The notes: a model not told the origin generated them from the sequence alone. A DNA stretch of 62,279 nucleotides, filler included, from Globobulimina sp. (GCA_003354225.1; 23 parts of 23 records of this genome joined end to end with filler, not necessarily neighbours in it); one strand, 5' to 3'; counted from the first letter of the whole stretch, positions 23,005-35,086 are shown. Numbers and translations: made by a program.

Positions 23005-24114
23005 ATGTTCAAGAAACGCTACAATGTGGTTGATGATGAAGAAGAAGAGCAGCAACAACAACAGGCGAAAGTACTTAGACATGGTTTTAAATTGATGTTA
23101 TTGTTAATTGTAACCACCATATTATTTGCAACATCGTTCTCATTTGGACTGTTATACGAAGGAAAGAAAGATTCAGAAGATAAGATGGAGGAAAACGATT
23201 CAGAATATTGCGAGTCCGTTACATTTTTGGATGCTATATTATCCTGATGATAAAAATGAATATCAAAAGCATCCATCAGTACAGAAAGCAATGATGTTTT
23301 TTAACACATGCTTTTATTTCGGTGGTGAATTTGACGAAGAAGGGCAGAAACAATCATTTGATCAAATATTGGGTAAAGTTGACTTTGCAAACACAGATTC
23401 AGAATGGACCGACGTATGTAAACTATATTTTATATTTTCAAAACTGTGCTGTAATATTATATTTATATTTTTGTACTGTTTAATTACATAAAGGACGTAA
23501 TTGATGGTTTTCATTCCGCATTGGAGCATTTCTCAAATGTTAATTTTGAGATTTTATTTAAAATCGATGCAGTCAACCAAGGTGTTGTTAAAATAACACA
23601 AACAAAAAATTGGATTATTTATCCTGTTCTAATGCAAGATGTTAGATCTAACGTGTTTTTTAGAAAGTTGGCTGTTTTGGTTGAAGAAACACCACCTTTT
23701 GTGGTACAATCATTTATAATTAATTCTGTTATTTTAAATGATATAATATTTTCTGAGAAACACAAAGCCTATGGATATGCTATGAGGGACGCAAAGTATA
23801 AGAGTTTGGTGTTGATTTAACAGAGGAACAGTTGTTTTTTGTTGGATGGGCACGAGGTACATCCATATTTTATATCATATCCATGTATACAATATATATA
23901 ATTATGTACATCGAGTCGTCCACATTTTGATTCATTGAAAAAAAGTACGTATGTTGAAGGGAGAGAAACCGATCCCGGCGCCTATGACAGCGTACATGCT
24001 CCAAGATATTCGCGAGTCGTTGGACCGTTGCAAAATATGCCTCAATTTTCAGAAGCATTTAATTGTAAAGTTGGATCGATGATGAATCCACAAAATAAAT
24101 GTAAATTATGGTAA
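23005..24114 (+). pseudogene. Neprilysin/M13 peptidase pseudogene (frameshifts, large internal deletion)
   Basis: Type II TM N-terminus; DLTEEQLFFVGWAR; C-terminus HAPRYSRVVGPLQNMPQFSEAFNCKVGSMMNPQNKCKLW*. No HExxH found and the locus is far too short. Confidence 0.8.
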
Positions 24115-24422
24115 TCTCTTCTGATAATTCTCTATATATTATCTTAAGTAAGTATTTATTATTTTATATTAGGAACACCGATCGCTAGTCATCATTACTT
24201 CAAATTCATCCTCGCCGGGCTCACAGGGTTGTTCCAGCAAAATTATGTTAGATTTTTCGTATACTTTTATTCCATTTCTTTTATGTATGCTTAGCACCAA
24301 CAAAGCAACTGATTTTGATCAANNNNNNNNNNNNNNNNNNNNNNNNNNNNNNNNNNNNNNNNNNNNTTAATTAATTAANNNNNNNNNNNNNNNNNNNNNN
24401 NNNNNNNNNNNNNNNNNNNNNN

Positions 24423-25024
24423 TTTCAAGTTCAGACATAAATTCATCAATATTTGCAACAACGGATGAAAGTTCTGCTTATTATGTTATTTGCGGATTTG
24501 TGATGATTTCACTTTGTTGTTTATCGGTCACTGTTGGTGCAATCACAAAATATAAAAAGAGGCAATTTTTAAGGAAGAGAAGAATAGAAATTGGCGCAAA
24601 TGAAAGGTATATTTTATATATATTTGTAATTTGTAATATAATAATTTGTAAATTAAGGATGGAATATGACGGCGTTGGAAGCGATGACGCAGACAATGTG
24701 GTAGTAAATGAAAGTTTTGGTGAAGGTGGAGAGGAAATGCTTGATTCTGAAGTTGAAAGAAATATGATTCAATATAATGTGAGAGGACATTTGATTGTCA
24801 GTGATGATGATGGTAATCCACCGGTTGCTTTTGGTGGTGTTGGTGTATCGAAAATGGACAGAATTGATGAACATAAAGAATTGGGAAGACGCAAGAAAGT
24901 CCGTCAAATTCCAAAAAGTTTCGAATTGATACACCATGAATTTAATCCATCTATAATAAAAAGAAAAGCTGACCAGGATATATCCACTGACAGCACTGAC
25001 AGCACCGATACCGAAGCCCTTTGA
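24423..25024 (+). CDS. TM helix and cytoplasmic tail of a single-pass membrane protein, 5' truncated; probable intron 24607-24657
   Basis: YVICGFVMISLCCLSVTVGAI followed by basic residues. The AT-rich in-frame GTATAT...AAG segment looks intronic. Confidence 0.55.
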
Positions 25025-25076
25025 TTTTGTTTTTCTTTTCTTTCATATAGAAAACGCTTTTTTTTTGTAAAGTAAC

Positions 25077-25991
25077 ATGCTTAAACTAAAACAATTGCTC
25101 TCTTCCCGCTCGCTGTCTTGTAATTCGCGCTGTTTCAACAATGGTATAAAACAAGAGTCAGTGTTGACTGCATCACCTCAATCATTTTCAAAATTGGTTC
25201 AAAATCAAAATAGAAATTGGTCAATACATGAAAAATTGGCATTATGTTCCAGAATATTGGCATTATTTGGTCATGCAAACGATTTGTTAGCTGGTCAAAT
25301 AACAACCAAATGCAGCAATAGTAGTAATTTGGAAATATGGACGCAACCTTTTGGATATGGTTTGGATGAATTAAACAGTAATTCGTTTCTCAAAGTTGAT
25401 ACAGATTTAAATGTTTTGGAAGGTGATCAGAATGAAATGCCAAATCCCGCGAATAATTTCCATTTCCATATTTATAAACATAGAGCAGACATAAATTGCA
25501 TTATTCATTGTCATTCCCCAAATGTTACTGTTTTGGCAATGATGAAAAATATTGAATTAATAATTTCTCATTCGGATGCAATGAGTTTGTATGACGATAT
25601 AACGTATTTATATGAATGGGAAGGTTTGCCCTTTGGTGATAGAGAAGGAATAATTATGGCAAATGCATTGGGTCAGAAATATAATAATATCTTATTGGCA
25701 AATCATGGATATTTATGTGTGGGAGATACAATTGAAAGAGCTTTGTATCGTTCATATTGGATTGAAAAAAGTGCAGAGATTCAATTAAAAGCAATGCAAG
25801 CAGTTGGTGGTGATTTAGATAATGTATGTCATCGGTATTCAGATCGTATTAAACAAGTAAATCAACGATATGCGAGAGATGCAAATCAATTCAAGTTAAC
25901 TGACAGTTTTGTGCAGTTACATTTCAATTATTGGGCAAGAAGAGCAATTTCTAAATATGGTGATGCATTCTTACAAAAACATTGCATATAA
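25077..25991 (+). CDS. Class II aldolase/adducin-family protein with mitochondrial presequence-like N-terminus
   Basis: LALCSRILA..GH..LAGQIT, NPANNFH..IY..R.DINCIIHCHS, ILLANHG (Zn-binding His). No introns. Confidence 0.9.
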   Translation: MLKLKQLLSSRSLSCNSRCFNNGIKQESVLTASPQSFSKLVQNQNRNWSIHEKLALCSRILALFGHANDLLAGQITTKCSNSSNLEIWTQPFGYGLDELNSNSFLKVDTDLNVLEGDQNEMPNPANNFHFHIYKHRADINCIIHCHSPNVTVLAMMKNIELIISHSDAMSLYDDITYLYEWEGLPFGDREGIIMANALGQKYNNILLANHGYLCVGDTIERALYRSYWIEKSAEIQLKAMQAVGGDLDNVCHRYSDRIKQVNQRYARDANQFKLTDSFVQLHFNYWARRAISKYGDAFLQKHCI

Positions 25992-27325
25992 ACGTTTACC
26001 GACAAGGCACCAAAATCCGCTCTACTTTTGTCTTCACCATCTTTCAGAAATTTTCCATACTCCATATTATATATCTTTTTTCCAGATTCCGTCCAGTTTC
26101 AAACTATATAAGGATAAAAACAATATTATCATAAATCCGTAAAAGTCAGAAACAAAAAGAAGTTTCAAACTAGAACTGCATTAATCAGAAGCATGCGACA
26201 GTGTTTTTCAACAAAAAATGTTTTGCAAAAGTTTTTCAGTAAAGCACCCTGTTTGTTCATCATATGTCAGATAAAACAGTTTTTTTGTCATGAAAACAAA
26301 TACCTTGATTTTGATCGGACTTTTCTGATTTATAAAACGTTGTATTTTCACTTTTAACTCCAGGCCTCTGATACCTGTTCCATTAAAGCACATCGATCAC
26401 CGCATATCCTTTACGTTGTCACTGTATAAAAAACAATATATTTTATCAAATGGGTTAGATGCAAAAAAAAAATATGGAAAAATAGTTTGTATGATTTATG
26501 AATAGAATCAGATGGATGCAGATTGTACATAAAGTCTTCTACACTAAAATTTGTGGCTTAGACAAATTCAGAAAATCTTACCGGTTACTTTTAAAAAGTC
26601 ATCATTGTCAATACAGATAATATAAAATAGAAATATATACAACATACGATATTGCAATCCGCATTAAATTGTTATTGATTAACATTGAGCTCCAGGCCGA
26701 TTTCTGTCTATTTTTTAGCAAAGCAAATATAAACTGCAAATTCATACTATTTGATATAATAAAATAAAATAAATAATGTGTAATTGTTGGAATCAGAATG
26801 TGTTGGAATCACGGTTTGATTCATAAATTAAAACATAGCATAAATAAACATCATTTACAACACAATCCAGAGAATAATACAACACACACCGATAGAAATT
26901 ACAATCTTTCATTTTCCACACTGTTGGCCGTGCACTATGTATTGGATAAGCAATATATTTATATCCACCGTCGGAGTTGAAGGCAAAACATAAATTTGCG
27001 ATTGCATCAGTTGTGTATTTGCGTAATCAGCACANNNNNNNNNNNNNNNNNNNNNNNNNNNNNNNNNNNNNNNNNNNNTTAATTAATTAANNNNNNNNNN
27101 NNNNNNNNNNNNNNNNNNNNNNNNNNNNNNNNNNTTGTTGTGTGTATACCGAAACGTTTTTGGTACTGTTTCGTGTTATTACGGATTTCGAAACGATGGA
27201 CCCTTTTTTATTTGTCCAAAAGCCGTAAAAGTTAAAAATGATAAAATGATAAAATGTTAAAAATCATGAAAATGTACTGAATGATTATTACGGATGTAAA
27301 GGGATAAAACAGTAAATACAGATCG

Positions 27326-28003
27326 TCAATTATAAGCTTGATATTCCATCAATTGAAGCGTTTGTCGTCTTGAAATGGTAGCAGCAGCTTTATATTCATT
27401 TTTATCCACATTAAATGCTACACCATGATGCTTATCATTCACTGCAAAGCTTAATGTATAGGCATCTAAATCCAAGTACATATCAATCACATCATTTTGA
27501 ACACAACGCACACCATAATCTGTTAGCCAGGCTCTGCTTTTTGTGGGGTCACACAGTTTTTGATTTGTACACGCATAAACATAGGAAGTGTCTGCTTCAG
27601 AATTTAAAAATGCATCCACTTGCATTCTTTTACCACATTTCCAAATCCCTATATCAATTCTTGAGTGGCGTCTCAATAATTTAAATTTCCAATGATGTTT
27701 ACCATAATGTGCTACATTCGACAAATATACAGATTGTGTAGACCCCTGTGGTTCATGTGTTGCTAAATCACCGTCTATTGTGATAAGTGTCCCTTTATTA
27801 TTTGGATCCCATTCATCAGTCTGATAAAAATAAAATTCAAAAATCAAATCAATAATCTCTATTGGCACATAATCCGCAAAATAATTCCTTACATATCCAG
27901 CGGTACAAAATTTGCTTTCATTCTCATGTAAGATTCTTCGATTTACCTTGGATGTCATTTGATGAAAAAAATGGATCATTTGATGAAAAAATGGAGTTTT
28001 CAC
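27326..28003 (-). CDS. SPRY/B30.2 domain protein
   Basis: GYVR..VPIEIIDLIFEFY, GKHHWKFK, IDIGIW, YGVRC.QNDVIDMYLDL...LSFAVNDKHHGVAF. Confidence 0.8.
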   Translation of the reverse strand: MKTPFFHQMIHFFHQMTSKVNRRILHENESKFCTAGYVRNYFADYVPIEIIDLIFEFYFYQTDEWDPNNKGTLITIDGDLATHEPQGSTQSVYLSNVAHYGKHHWKFKLLRRHSRIDIGIWKCGKRMQVDAFLNSEADTSYVYACTNQKLCDPTKSRAWLTDYGVRCVQNDVIDMYLDLDAYTLSFAVNDKHHGVAFNVDKNEYKAAATISRRQTLQLMEYQAYN

Positions 28004-28060
28004 TTTATTATTTTGTTAACTACAATGACAATAACTCAAGCTAGCTATATACGTTTATAT

Positions 28061-28585
28061 TTACCATGGTTTAAGAGTTAGTCCATCCTCATCCGGAATA
28101 TCATTGATTGCAAACAATATAATATCAGCAATTTGGAATGCACATAAACCAACAAAACAGGCAATTAATAAACATATACCAACACATCCATAGATTCCAC
28201 CACAAAGCGTAAAGTCTGAAGAATTATTTGTTTCTTCAGCAAATACAGTGGTAATGCATATAAATAATATCAATATACATGAACCAATCAATATGCATAT
28301 AAATAATATCAATTTGAATGAAGCGAAACCATATGAACCAACATACCATCTCCCACCACCTGCTTCGCCCAGAAACTGTTTTTTATCTGAATATGTATCC
28401 TCAACATCCTCATCATCATCCAATGAATCACCGACATCGCCTTTCGTTGCGAAATGGTCATGATGTGCATCATGAAAATCCTCAATATGTATCATGTCAT
28501 GTTCTTTGCGGTCAACAAATGGAGCTTTTCTTTTCCTTTCATTGTATATTTCATCATTGATCACCGTCGATGAACCTGGATCCAT
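28061..28585 (-). CDS. Hypothetical two-TM protein
   Basis: 174-aa ORF with acidic N-terminus and two hydrophobic helices. Confidence 0.6.
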   Translation of the reverse strand: MDPGSSTVINDEIYNERKRKAPFVDRKEHDMIHIEDFHDAHHDHFATKGDVGDSLDDDEDVEDTYSDKKQFLGEAGGGRWYVGSYGFASFKLILFICILIGSCILILFICITTVFAEETNNSSDFTLCGGIYGCVGICLLIACFVGLCAFQIADIILFAINDIPDEDGLTLKPW

Positions 28586-29218
28586 TAGTTGGTTATCATA
28601 ATTTTTATTCGTTTTTCCATCGTTATATTTATTGCCTAATTTTAGTTGGATGGATGGATGAAAATCATTATAATTACTGAATTGTTTATATGCAAATACC
28701 TATGTGTTGCCTTAGTGATTGTCCTCTTCTTAATAAAGCATGATCAGTTTGTTAATTAATGTTAATTAAAATAAGCAACAGCTGAGTCAGTGCCATTTTT
28801 GTAAAACCTTGAAAAATTTGCTTAAAAAAAAACTTTAAAAATAAAAAGTACATTGTCATTTTCTGACTCTTTGTTTGTATGTAACAACAGTACATGACAA
28901 CTCAACTGTTTCTACAGATGTACATGCACAATAATTAAACACGAAACAATCTAAAAAAAACACACAAATAGCAAAACAATGGGAAAAAATGTATTTGCAT
29001 CAAAAAGAACTTTAATAATTATATTGATAAAGTACCTAATCCAATTGACAAAAATACAAAGTGCATACACACAAAATAATTTTTATTCATTCTCTTTACA
29101 ACACAACAACACACAAAATAATAAACAAACAAAAAACAAAAAACACACAAGAAAGATCGTAAGTAATTTACAAGAAAAAATATACAAAAATCATACTAAT
29201 TAAGAAAATACAATAACA

Positions 29219-29746
29219 TTATTTAATTGGCGTTGAATATGTTGATGATGATTGCCCCGATTGTAATGAAGTAGAGGTCGGAGGATATAAAGCAAATATT
29301 TTGTCATAAGAATCCTCGGAATGAATAGCTTCTAAATTAAAACTCGCAGAAATTGCACTTATTCCTATTTTATGTTTAGTCGTTGATTTACTTTTATTAA
29401 TTTCCTCCTCAACTTCTTGAAAAGAAACCGTTTCTTTAAATCTTTGAAATGAATTAAAAGATAATTTTAATACTTCGATTGCTGCTTCATCCAAAATATT
29501 AAATATATCAAACTCATCATCAATATGTGCATTTAAATCATTCTCAAATAAATTAGTTAACCCAACTCTTTGTTTATACCCAATATTTAATTCATGTTTG
29601 CTATTATTTTTAATATATTTCTCATATAAACATCTCATTTGTTTACAGAAATCAGCCGAATGTTGATTTATTATCGCACTTTGTGGTAAATGTAGCGGTA
29701 AAACTAGTTTACAAAATATTGAACCGGTTTCATTAAAAAAATATGT
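29219..29746 (-). CDS. RGS domain C-terminal fragment
   Basis: LPQSAII, LYEKYI..S.HELNI....R, DEAAIEVLKL..NSFQRFK. Confidence 0.8.
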   Translation of the reverse strand, partial: TYFFNETGSIFCKLVLPLHLPQSAIINQHSADFCKQMRCLYEKYIKNNSKHELNIGYKQRVGLTNLFENDLNAHIDDEFDIFNILDEAAIEVLKLSFNSFQRFKETVSFQEVEEEINKSKSTTKHKIGISAISASFNLEAIHSEDSYDKIFALYPPTSTSLQSGQSSSTYSTPIK

Positions 29747-29846
29747 NNNNNNNNNNNNNNNNNNNNNNNNNNNNNNNNNNNNNNNNNNNNTTAATTAATT
29801 AANNNNNNNNNNNNNNNNNNNNNNNNNNNNNNNNNNNNNNNNNNNN

Positions 29847-32045
29847 TATGGCAAAGAATATTCCATAAATATTTCGAAACTTATATCCAAAGCAAAAACT
29901 ATCACAAAGTTGCAACATATCCACTCTTTGCTGATTATAAAGGATGATATATTTATAAGCACTGCTTTAATAAAACAATATGGTAATTTGAATGATATCG
30001 AATCAGCACTGAATATATTTAATTCAATGCTGTTGACAAAGAGAGATGAAACAATGATCGGTGTCATGCTGCAAACACTGTTAAAGCATGAATGCTACCA
30101 ACAAATGTTAACAATGTATGATTGCTTTGAATATCACAAATTAAATAATGACATTATTAATGCATCAGTGTTGAAAGCATGCATTGAAGCAAATAACTTT
30201 GAAAAAGGACAAGAAATCCATCAACATTTCGCAGCTGTAATCGATTCTGTTTCCATTCAATTAAAAACGTGTTTGATTGGGTTTTATGGACATTTCGGTG
30301 ATATCGATACTGCACAAAAACTATTCAAATCATTTGTGTGCAATAATAATGATATTATAATCGTAAATGCCATGATGACTGTTTTAATCGGCAACAAATA
30401 TTATGAGAATGCACTTTTATTATATGAAGAGACAGCTATGTCCGTAAGGAATATTGTTACGTTTATAGTAGCAATAAAAGCGTGTATTATTAATGGTAAT
30501 TTTACAAAAGGAACGCAGATTCATCAGGCAATTGTTGGTAAAGGCTTTGCGGTAAATGATGATTATTATCATTTATTCAATTTATTGATTGACTTTTATG
30601 GAATGTTGGGAGATGACATGAATGCAATGATAAATATTTACAATGAGATGACTGCAAAGAACATAAATGATATATTGAGTGTAGCAAAAGTAATGAAAGG
30701 ATATATAAATAATGGGCTGATTGATGATGCGCTGATATTTTATAATGAGGAATATTTAAAAGTGAGTATAAATGCAAGAAATGCTTCAAATCCGTATATA
30801 TTAAGCACATTGTTTGAAAACTTTAAAAACATTGGACAGACTCGCAATGTTGAGAATATTTTGAATGATAATAAATATTTATCTTCTTCTGCTTCTTCAT
30901 TATTTGACAGCAGAACTTTGGAATTATTGCTTATTTGTATTCATAGAACATCGAAATATTACCAATATCATCACAAACAAGTCGACCAACAACAAACGTT
31001 TCCCTTTCTGTACAAGGTTTGGAATGAAATTGTGAACAAATTGGGAGTTAAACCAGATTTGAATTGTTATTGCATCGCTATTTTAGCATTGTCCAAATAT
31101 AATATAAATAATAAAGAGTGCAATGATATGTTTAATAGCTTAATAAGTGATATTGTAAATGATAATAATATGATAAATGAGTTACAGTTAAAACCAATTG
31201 AATTCCATCGAATATTAAAAGGTTTAGGAAATGCAAATAAATTGAATGAAATGTGGTTAATGTATAATAAGATTATCTCAGAGGTTCATAACAAGCATGA
31301 TATTGTTGCATTGAATATTTTACTGGAATTTGAAAATAGAAATGAAAAAAAACAAAAAATTTTAAATATTATCCATTCACATTCATATTTGTATCAATGT
31401 TGTCTTTGCAAATCTTTTGTTAATAATCAATGTCTCAGAAAAAACAAAGACGAACGGAATAATGAAAATTGTATTGTTGATAATAATGATAAATTCAAAC
31501 ATTTTGATATAAATAACTTGCGATTATATGAAGTGATTACATTATTTTTAAATTGTCAGAATATTGACAGTAACTTACAAGCATATTTATGGGAAATGCT
31601 ACAAAAACCAAATGTAAATGAATCAAAATTAGAAAGTAACATAATTGCTATGTTTAAATTAAATGGAACAGAATGGATTATACAAAATGGTATTTATCAT
31701 AAATGCAGATTTAAATCAATGGATAAAGTGAATGAGTTAATGAAACAAAGTAATTATTCAATTGATAGCTCAGTTTGTATTGGATCTGTTACAAACAGAA
31801 AAACACGAGAAGTGCATTTAAAATATCATGCCGAGAAAAAAGCATTAGCCATTTTGTTGCATGAAATGAAATTAATGAATAATAAGAATAATAATATTGA
31901 TATTTCTGTTGCAATTTCACTCAAAATGTGTAAAGATTGTCATGCATTTTTTGCAGCTATGTCTAAATATTATAATCAAAGTATTACATGTTTTGATTCC
32001 AATGGAAAACATTTATTTTCTCACGGAAAATGCAGTTGTAATTAA
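29847..32045 (+). CDS. PPR protein with C-terminal DYW-type cytidine deaminase domain, 5' truncated
   Basis: PLS-like PPRs (TALIKQYG..DIESALNIF, VLKAC...FEKGQEIH, LIGFYGHFGDIDTAQKLF). C-term HLKYHAEKKALA...ISLKMCKDCHAFF..SK..NQSITCFD..GKHLF.HGKCSCN*. Confidence 0.92.
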   Translation, partial: YGKEYSINISKLISKAKTITKLQHIHSLLIIKDDIFISTALIKQYGNLNDIESALNIFNSMLLTKRDETMIGVMLQTLLKHECYQQMLTMYDCFEYHKLNNDIINASVLKACIEANNFEKGQEIHQHFAAVIDSVSIQLKTCLIGFYGHFGDIDTAQKLFKSFVCNNNDIIIVNAMMTVLIGNKYYENALLLYEETAMSVRNIVTFIVAIKACIINGNFTKGTQIHQAIVGKGFAVNDDYYHLFNLLIDFYGMLGDDMNAMINIYNEMTAKNINDILSVAKVMKGYINNGLIDDALIFYNEEYLKVSINARNASNPYILSTLFENFKNIGQTRNVENILNDNKYLSSSASSLFDSRTLELLLICIHRTSKYYQYHHKQVDQQQTFPFLYKVWNEIVNKLGVKPDLNCYCIAILALSKYNINNKECNDMFNSLISDIVNDNNMINELQLKPIEFHRILKGLGNANKLNEMWLMYNKIISEVHNKHDIVALNILLEFENRNEKKQKILNIIHSHSYLYQCCLCKSFVNNQCLRKNKDERNNENCIVDNNDKFKHFDINNLRLYEVITLFLNCQNIDSNLQAYLWEMLQKPNVNESKLESNIIAMFKLNGTEWIIQNGIYHKCRFKSMDKVNELMKQSNYSIDSSVCIGSVTNRKTREVHLKYHAEKKALAILLHEMKLMNNKNNNIDISVAISLKMCKDCHAFFAAMSKYYNQSITCFDSNGKHLFSHGKCSCN

Positions 32046-32286
32046 ATATCTTTCACGAGAACGGACCAATATATTATTTTACGATCGAACAATGCTATTT
32101 CTTATCCATATTAATGCCGATGCAAATACAAATATTTCCAGTACATTAAAAATTGATGATTGAGTTGTATCGAGAAGATGATATACCAGAACAGTATAAA
32201 ATATATGGAATGTGAAATCCATTAATTCATCAAAAAGACACTTTTTATACTTTGTTTGTTTGAGAAAACCCTTCGTAATCAAGGCA

Positions 32287-32458
32287 ATGGCTCTGTCAAC
32301 TGGAATGGTCGTCAGTATGGTGTATGGGTCTTCTCATCTGTTGTTGTTATTCATTTTAAGCATTTACATTTATATTCAATTTCGTCAATCTGCTAAATCG
32401 TCTTTTAAGAATTTTATTCTTGCTTTATGGAAAGAGAGAGGTATTCCATCATTATACA
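32287..32458 (+). CDS. N-terminal fragment of a membrane protein
   Basis: ATG at 32287 and a hydrophobic helix; runs into the contig end. Confidence 0.4.
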
Positions 32459-32610
32459 NNNNNNNNNNNNNNNNNNNNNNNNNNNNNNNNNNNNNNNNNN
32501 NNTTAATTAATTAANNNNNNNNNNNNNNNNNNNNNNNNNNNNNNNNNNNNNNNNNNNNCGTGCATGAGAACTTAACGTGCTAAAAACTTTAACAAAAAAC
32601 TTTATAACTA

Positions 32611-34417
32611 ATGGATATGAGATTATTGACGGTTAATGGATGGTGTTTTTTATCCATCCAATGGTTATTATTTGCAATTATTCAATTGAAAATGTATGGT
32701 AATAATGCAGCGCAGCTGACATTTAAATGTTGAGTATATATACCATATTATACTCGTTTATCAAATTAAATGAAATTAAACCAAATCAACTTAATTGTAT
32801 ACCATTCAGCGACAGATATACCGGATGAATATTGTGTGGATGAATTTAGTTGGGATGCTACACGTATACATGTTCCATTATATTGTGACGATATTGACAA
32901 TATTTTAGTTCATTACTGTGGCAATGTTACTTTTTTTAGAATAATTGATGCCTCTTATTGCGAAGCACTCGATTCAACACAGCATTTATGCACATTCTTC
33001 CTTCAAAACGGACAAAATATGCAGCAAACATATATTTTATCCGATAATATTCCAATAAATCAAATTAAATTTTCATCAATTTCAAATAATGAAACAAATA
33101 TTATATTATCCAATTCTTTTTTAACGGTTACAACATACGAAGGATCGGTTGATATCACAAATATTGATTTCGCATCAGATGGAAGCATATTTTCCTTCAT
33201 TGACGTAGTTGCGGATGATATTCAGTTATATATTACCATTGAAAATTGCCAGTTCATTGATATGAATGCAACGAATGGATCCATTGTGAATATACCAAAG
33301 AATACGAGGAATAATGAGTATGTGAAGGGAATCCAACTAACATTTGAGTTGAGTGTATACTTATTTATTATGACTATCTTTTTGAGCAAACACAAAGGAA
33401 TTGACACAAACCAAAATAAATAACCCACAAAAACTTGACCAACAAATATTTTTTTTTAGGAATTGTAAAGTTGAGAATGTATTTGCAGAATTTGGCGCAA
33501 TATTATACATTGAAAGGAATAATGTAACTGTGACATTTTCTCATTTTGCTATGACAAATATTATGTCATTTGATGCGGTACATTGGCTTTGCCAAAAAAG
33601 AAATGATGGCGCTGATCTATGCGGTAATTTATTTATAACAAATTCTGATATTTATGGCATAGACTCAAATATATTTACCATTGATTTATCTTTAGATCCA
33701 GCACAAACGTACTTTATTTTAGATGTTGATACGTCAATATTTACCAATATCAATGGCATAATATTCAATTTTAATCGCGCCGATGATAAATTAGCACCAT
33801 CAGCTATGCGCATACAGCAACAAAACGCATTTGTAAATGTCCAAAACTCACATTTCGAGGATAATGGCATTGTCGTAGGCCGGGTATCATTGTGGTATCT
33901 GTATAGCTCAAATTATATTTATTTAATGGAGTACCCACATAATGGGACTATATTTACTATTAATTCAATAACCGTACCAAATATAAGCATTGGAAATAGT
34001 AATTTCACGCATAATGCAGGCTGTTATGGTGCTATATTTTACTGGTATTGTTCACGAAAATTGCAATTGATAACAGATACGTATTGTGGCAGTATTTCAT
34101 TGCAAAATAATATATTTTTTAACAATATGATCGGGCGAAATCGCTACAACGTAGCAATACGATATGGCTCATTATTATATGCCCAAATACATGAAAATAT
34201 GAACTTTTATTTGCTGATCGAAGACTGTGAGTTCATAAAACAAAGTGGTAATTCAATACATTTTGAGAAATCCACTGCAGAGCTCCCAATGGTGGCTGAT
34301 ATCTATTCCAATATTAGTAATATCTCAACATCTAATTTGAAAAGAAAAAGAAAATCCATGAGAGAATCATCGATGCGACATATAAAAATAAATCAATTGA
34401 TCAAAAATTGGAATTAA
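32611..34417 (+). CDS. Secreted beta-helix-like (pectin-lyase/Pmp-like) protein; introns 32729-32809 and 33348-33459; C-terminus aberrant
   Basis: Signal-like N-terminus; repeats I.NC.F..N, FGAILY, YGAIFY, NSHFEDN. Both introns restore the frame (LTFE|NCKVEN). Confidence 0.65.
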
Positions 34418-35086
34418 GAAAGATGCACAGCTTAAAATATTGTGCTCGATGCGGCCATACATACACCACATCGCATGATCGTTGTGAGAAATGGAGAGAC
34501 CGTCCCAGAGATATTCGTGATGGATCGCAAGCAATTATTTTTACCTCCGGATCCCCCGCACATACATCGAAGATTATGTTCACTGAGAATGTAATCATCC
34601 AGAAAATATTGGGTCGAAACCCATATAGTATCTCGGACGCCGCGTTAATGGATTGGCGATTGGAGGAGGCCACAAAACAATTAATTGGCAATATCACATT
34701 GGATGACCAAATATCACATAATTGACTTAGTTGAGAAAAAAGAGGAGAAATCGGCGGAATTGGAGGAGGATTCAACTGTTGGTGTTGTCGTTTGCATGGA
34801 CAAAGTCGACGCATTATTGACTAGGAAGTATTCGTTCGGCTCGGCACCTTTATTGATGCAGGAAGTGCGTTATAGGATCACTGCCACGGTGCCAAGCGAT
34901 ATAAATGATGTAGGCAGTGACATTAATGGCTATTCTCGCATCACTTATGCCACAATATTGCTATTCTCTAGGGATGTTTATCTGTTACGAATTTGGGGGA
35001 CCGGACGTTATTTCTTCCCAATGCTGCGGCGTCCTTTTGTTGTTGTACTTAATTGTTTAAAACGCATAATATATCCAGAGGAATAG
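34290..35086 (+). pseudogene. Degenerate zinc-finger/RING-like gene remnant
   Basis: CARCGH..H.RC, VVCMDK.DALL and HLY*CRKC...LPRC are spread over different frames with stops. Confidence 0.35.

Noticed and set aside
22963-23082. Overlap of the PPR ORF with the M13 gene and an apparent signal peptide
   Set aside because: The hydrophobic stretch is antisense to the EEEEQQQQ codons of the M13 gene; the PPR more plausibly starts at 22962.
25992-27034. ~1 kb region without a convincing ORF
   Set aside because: I found no tRNA, rRNA, repeat or clear inverted-repeat structure by eye; the short ORFs look spurious.
27955-27995. ~21-bp tandem duplication (FFHQM twice) at the SPRY gene start
   Set aside because: Simple local duplication; it only makes the start codon ambiguous.
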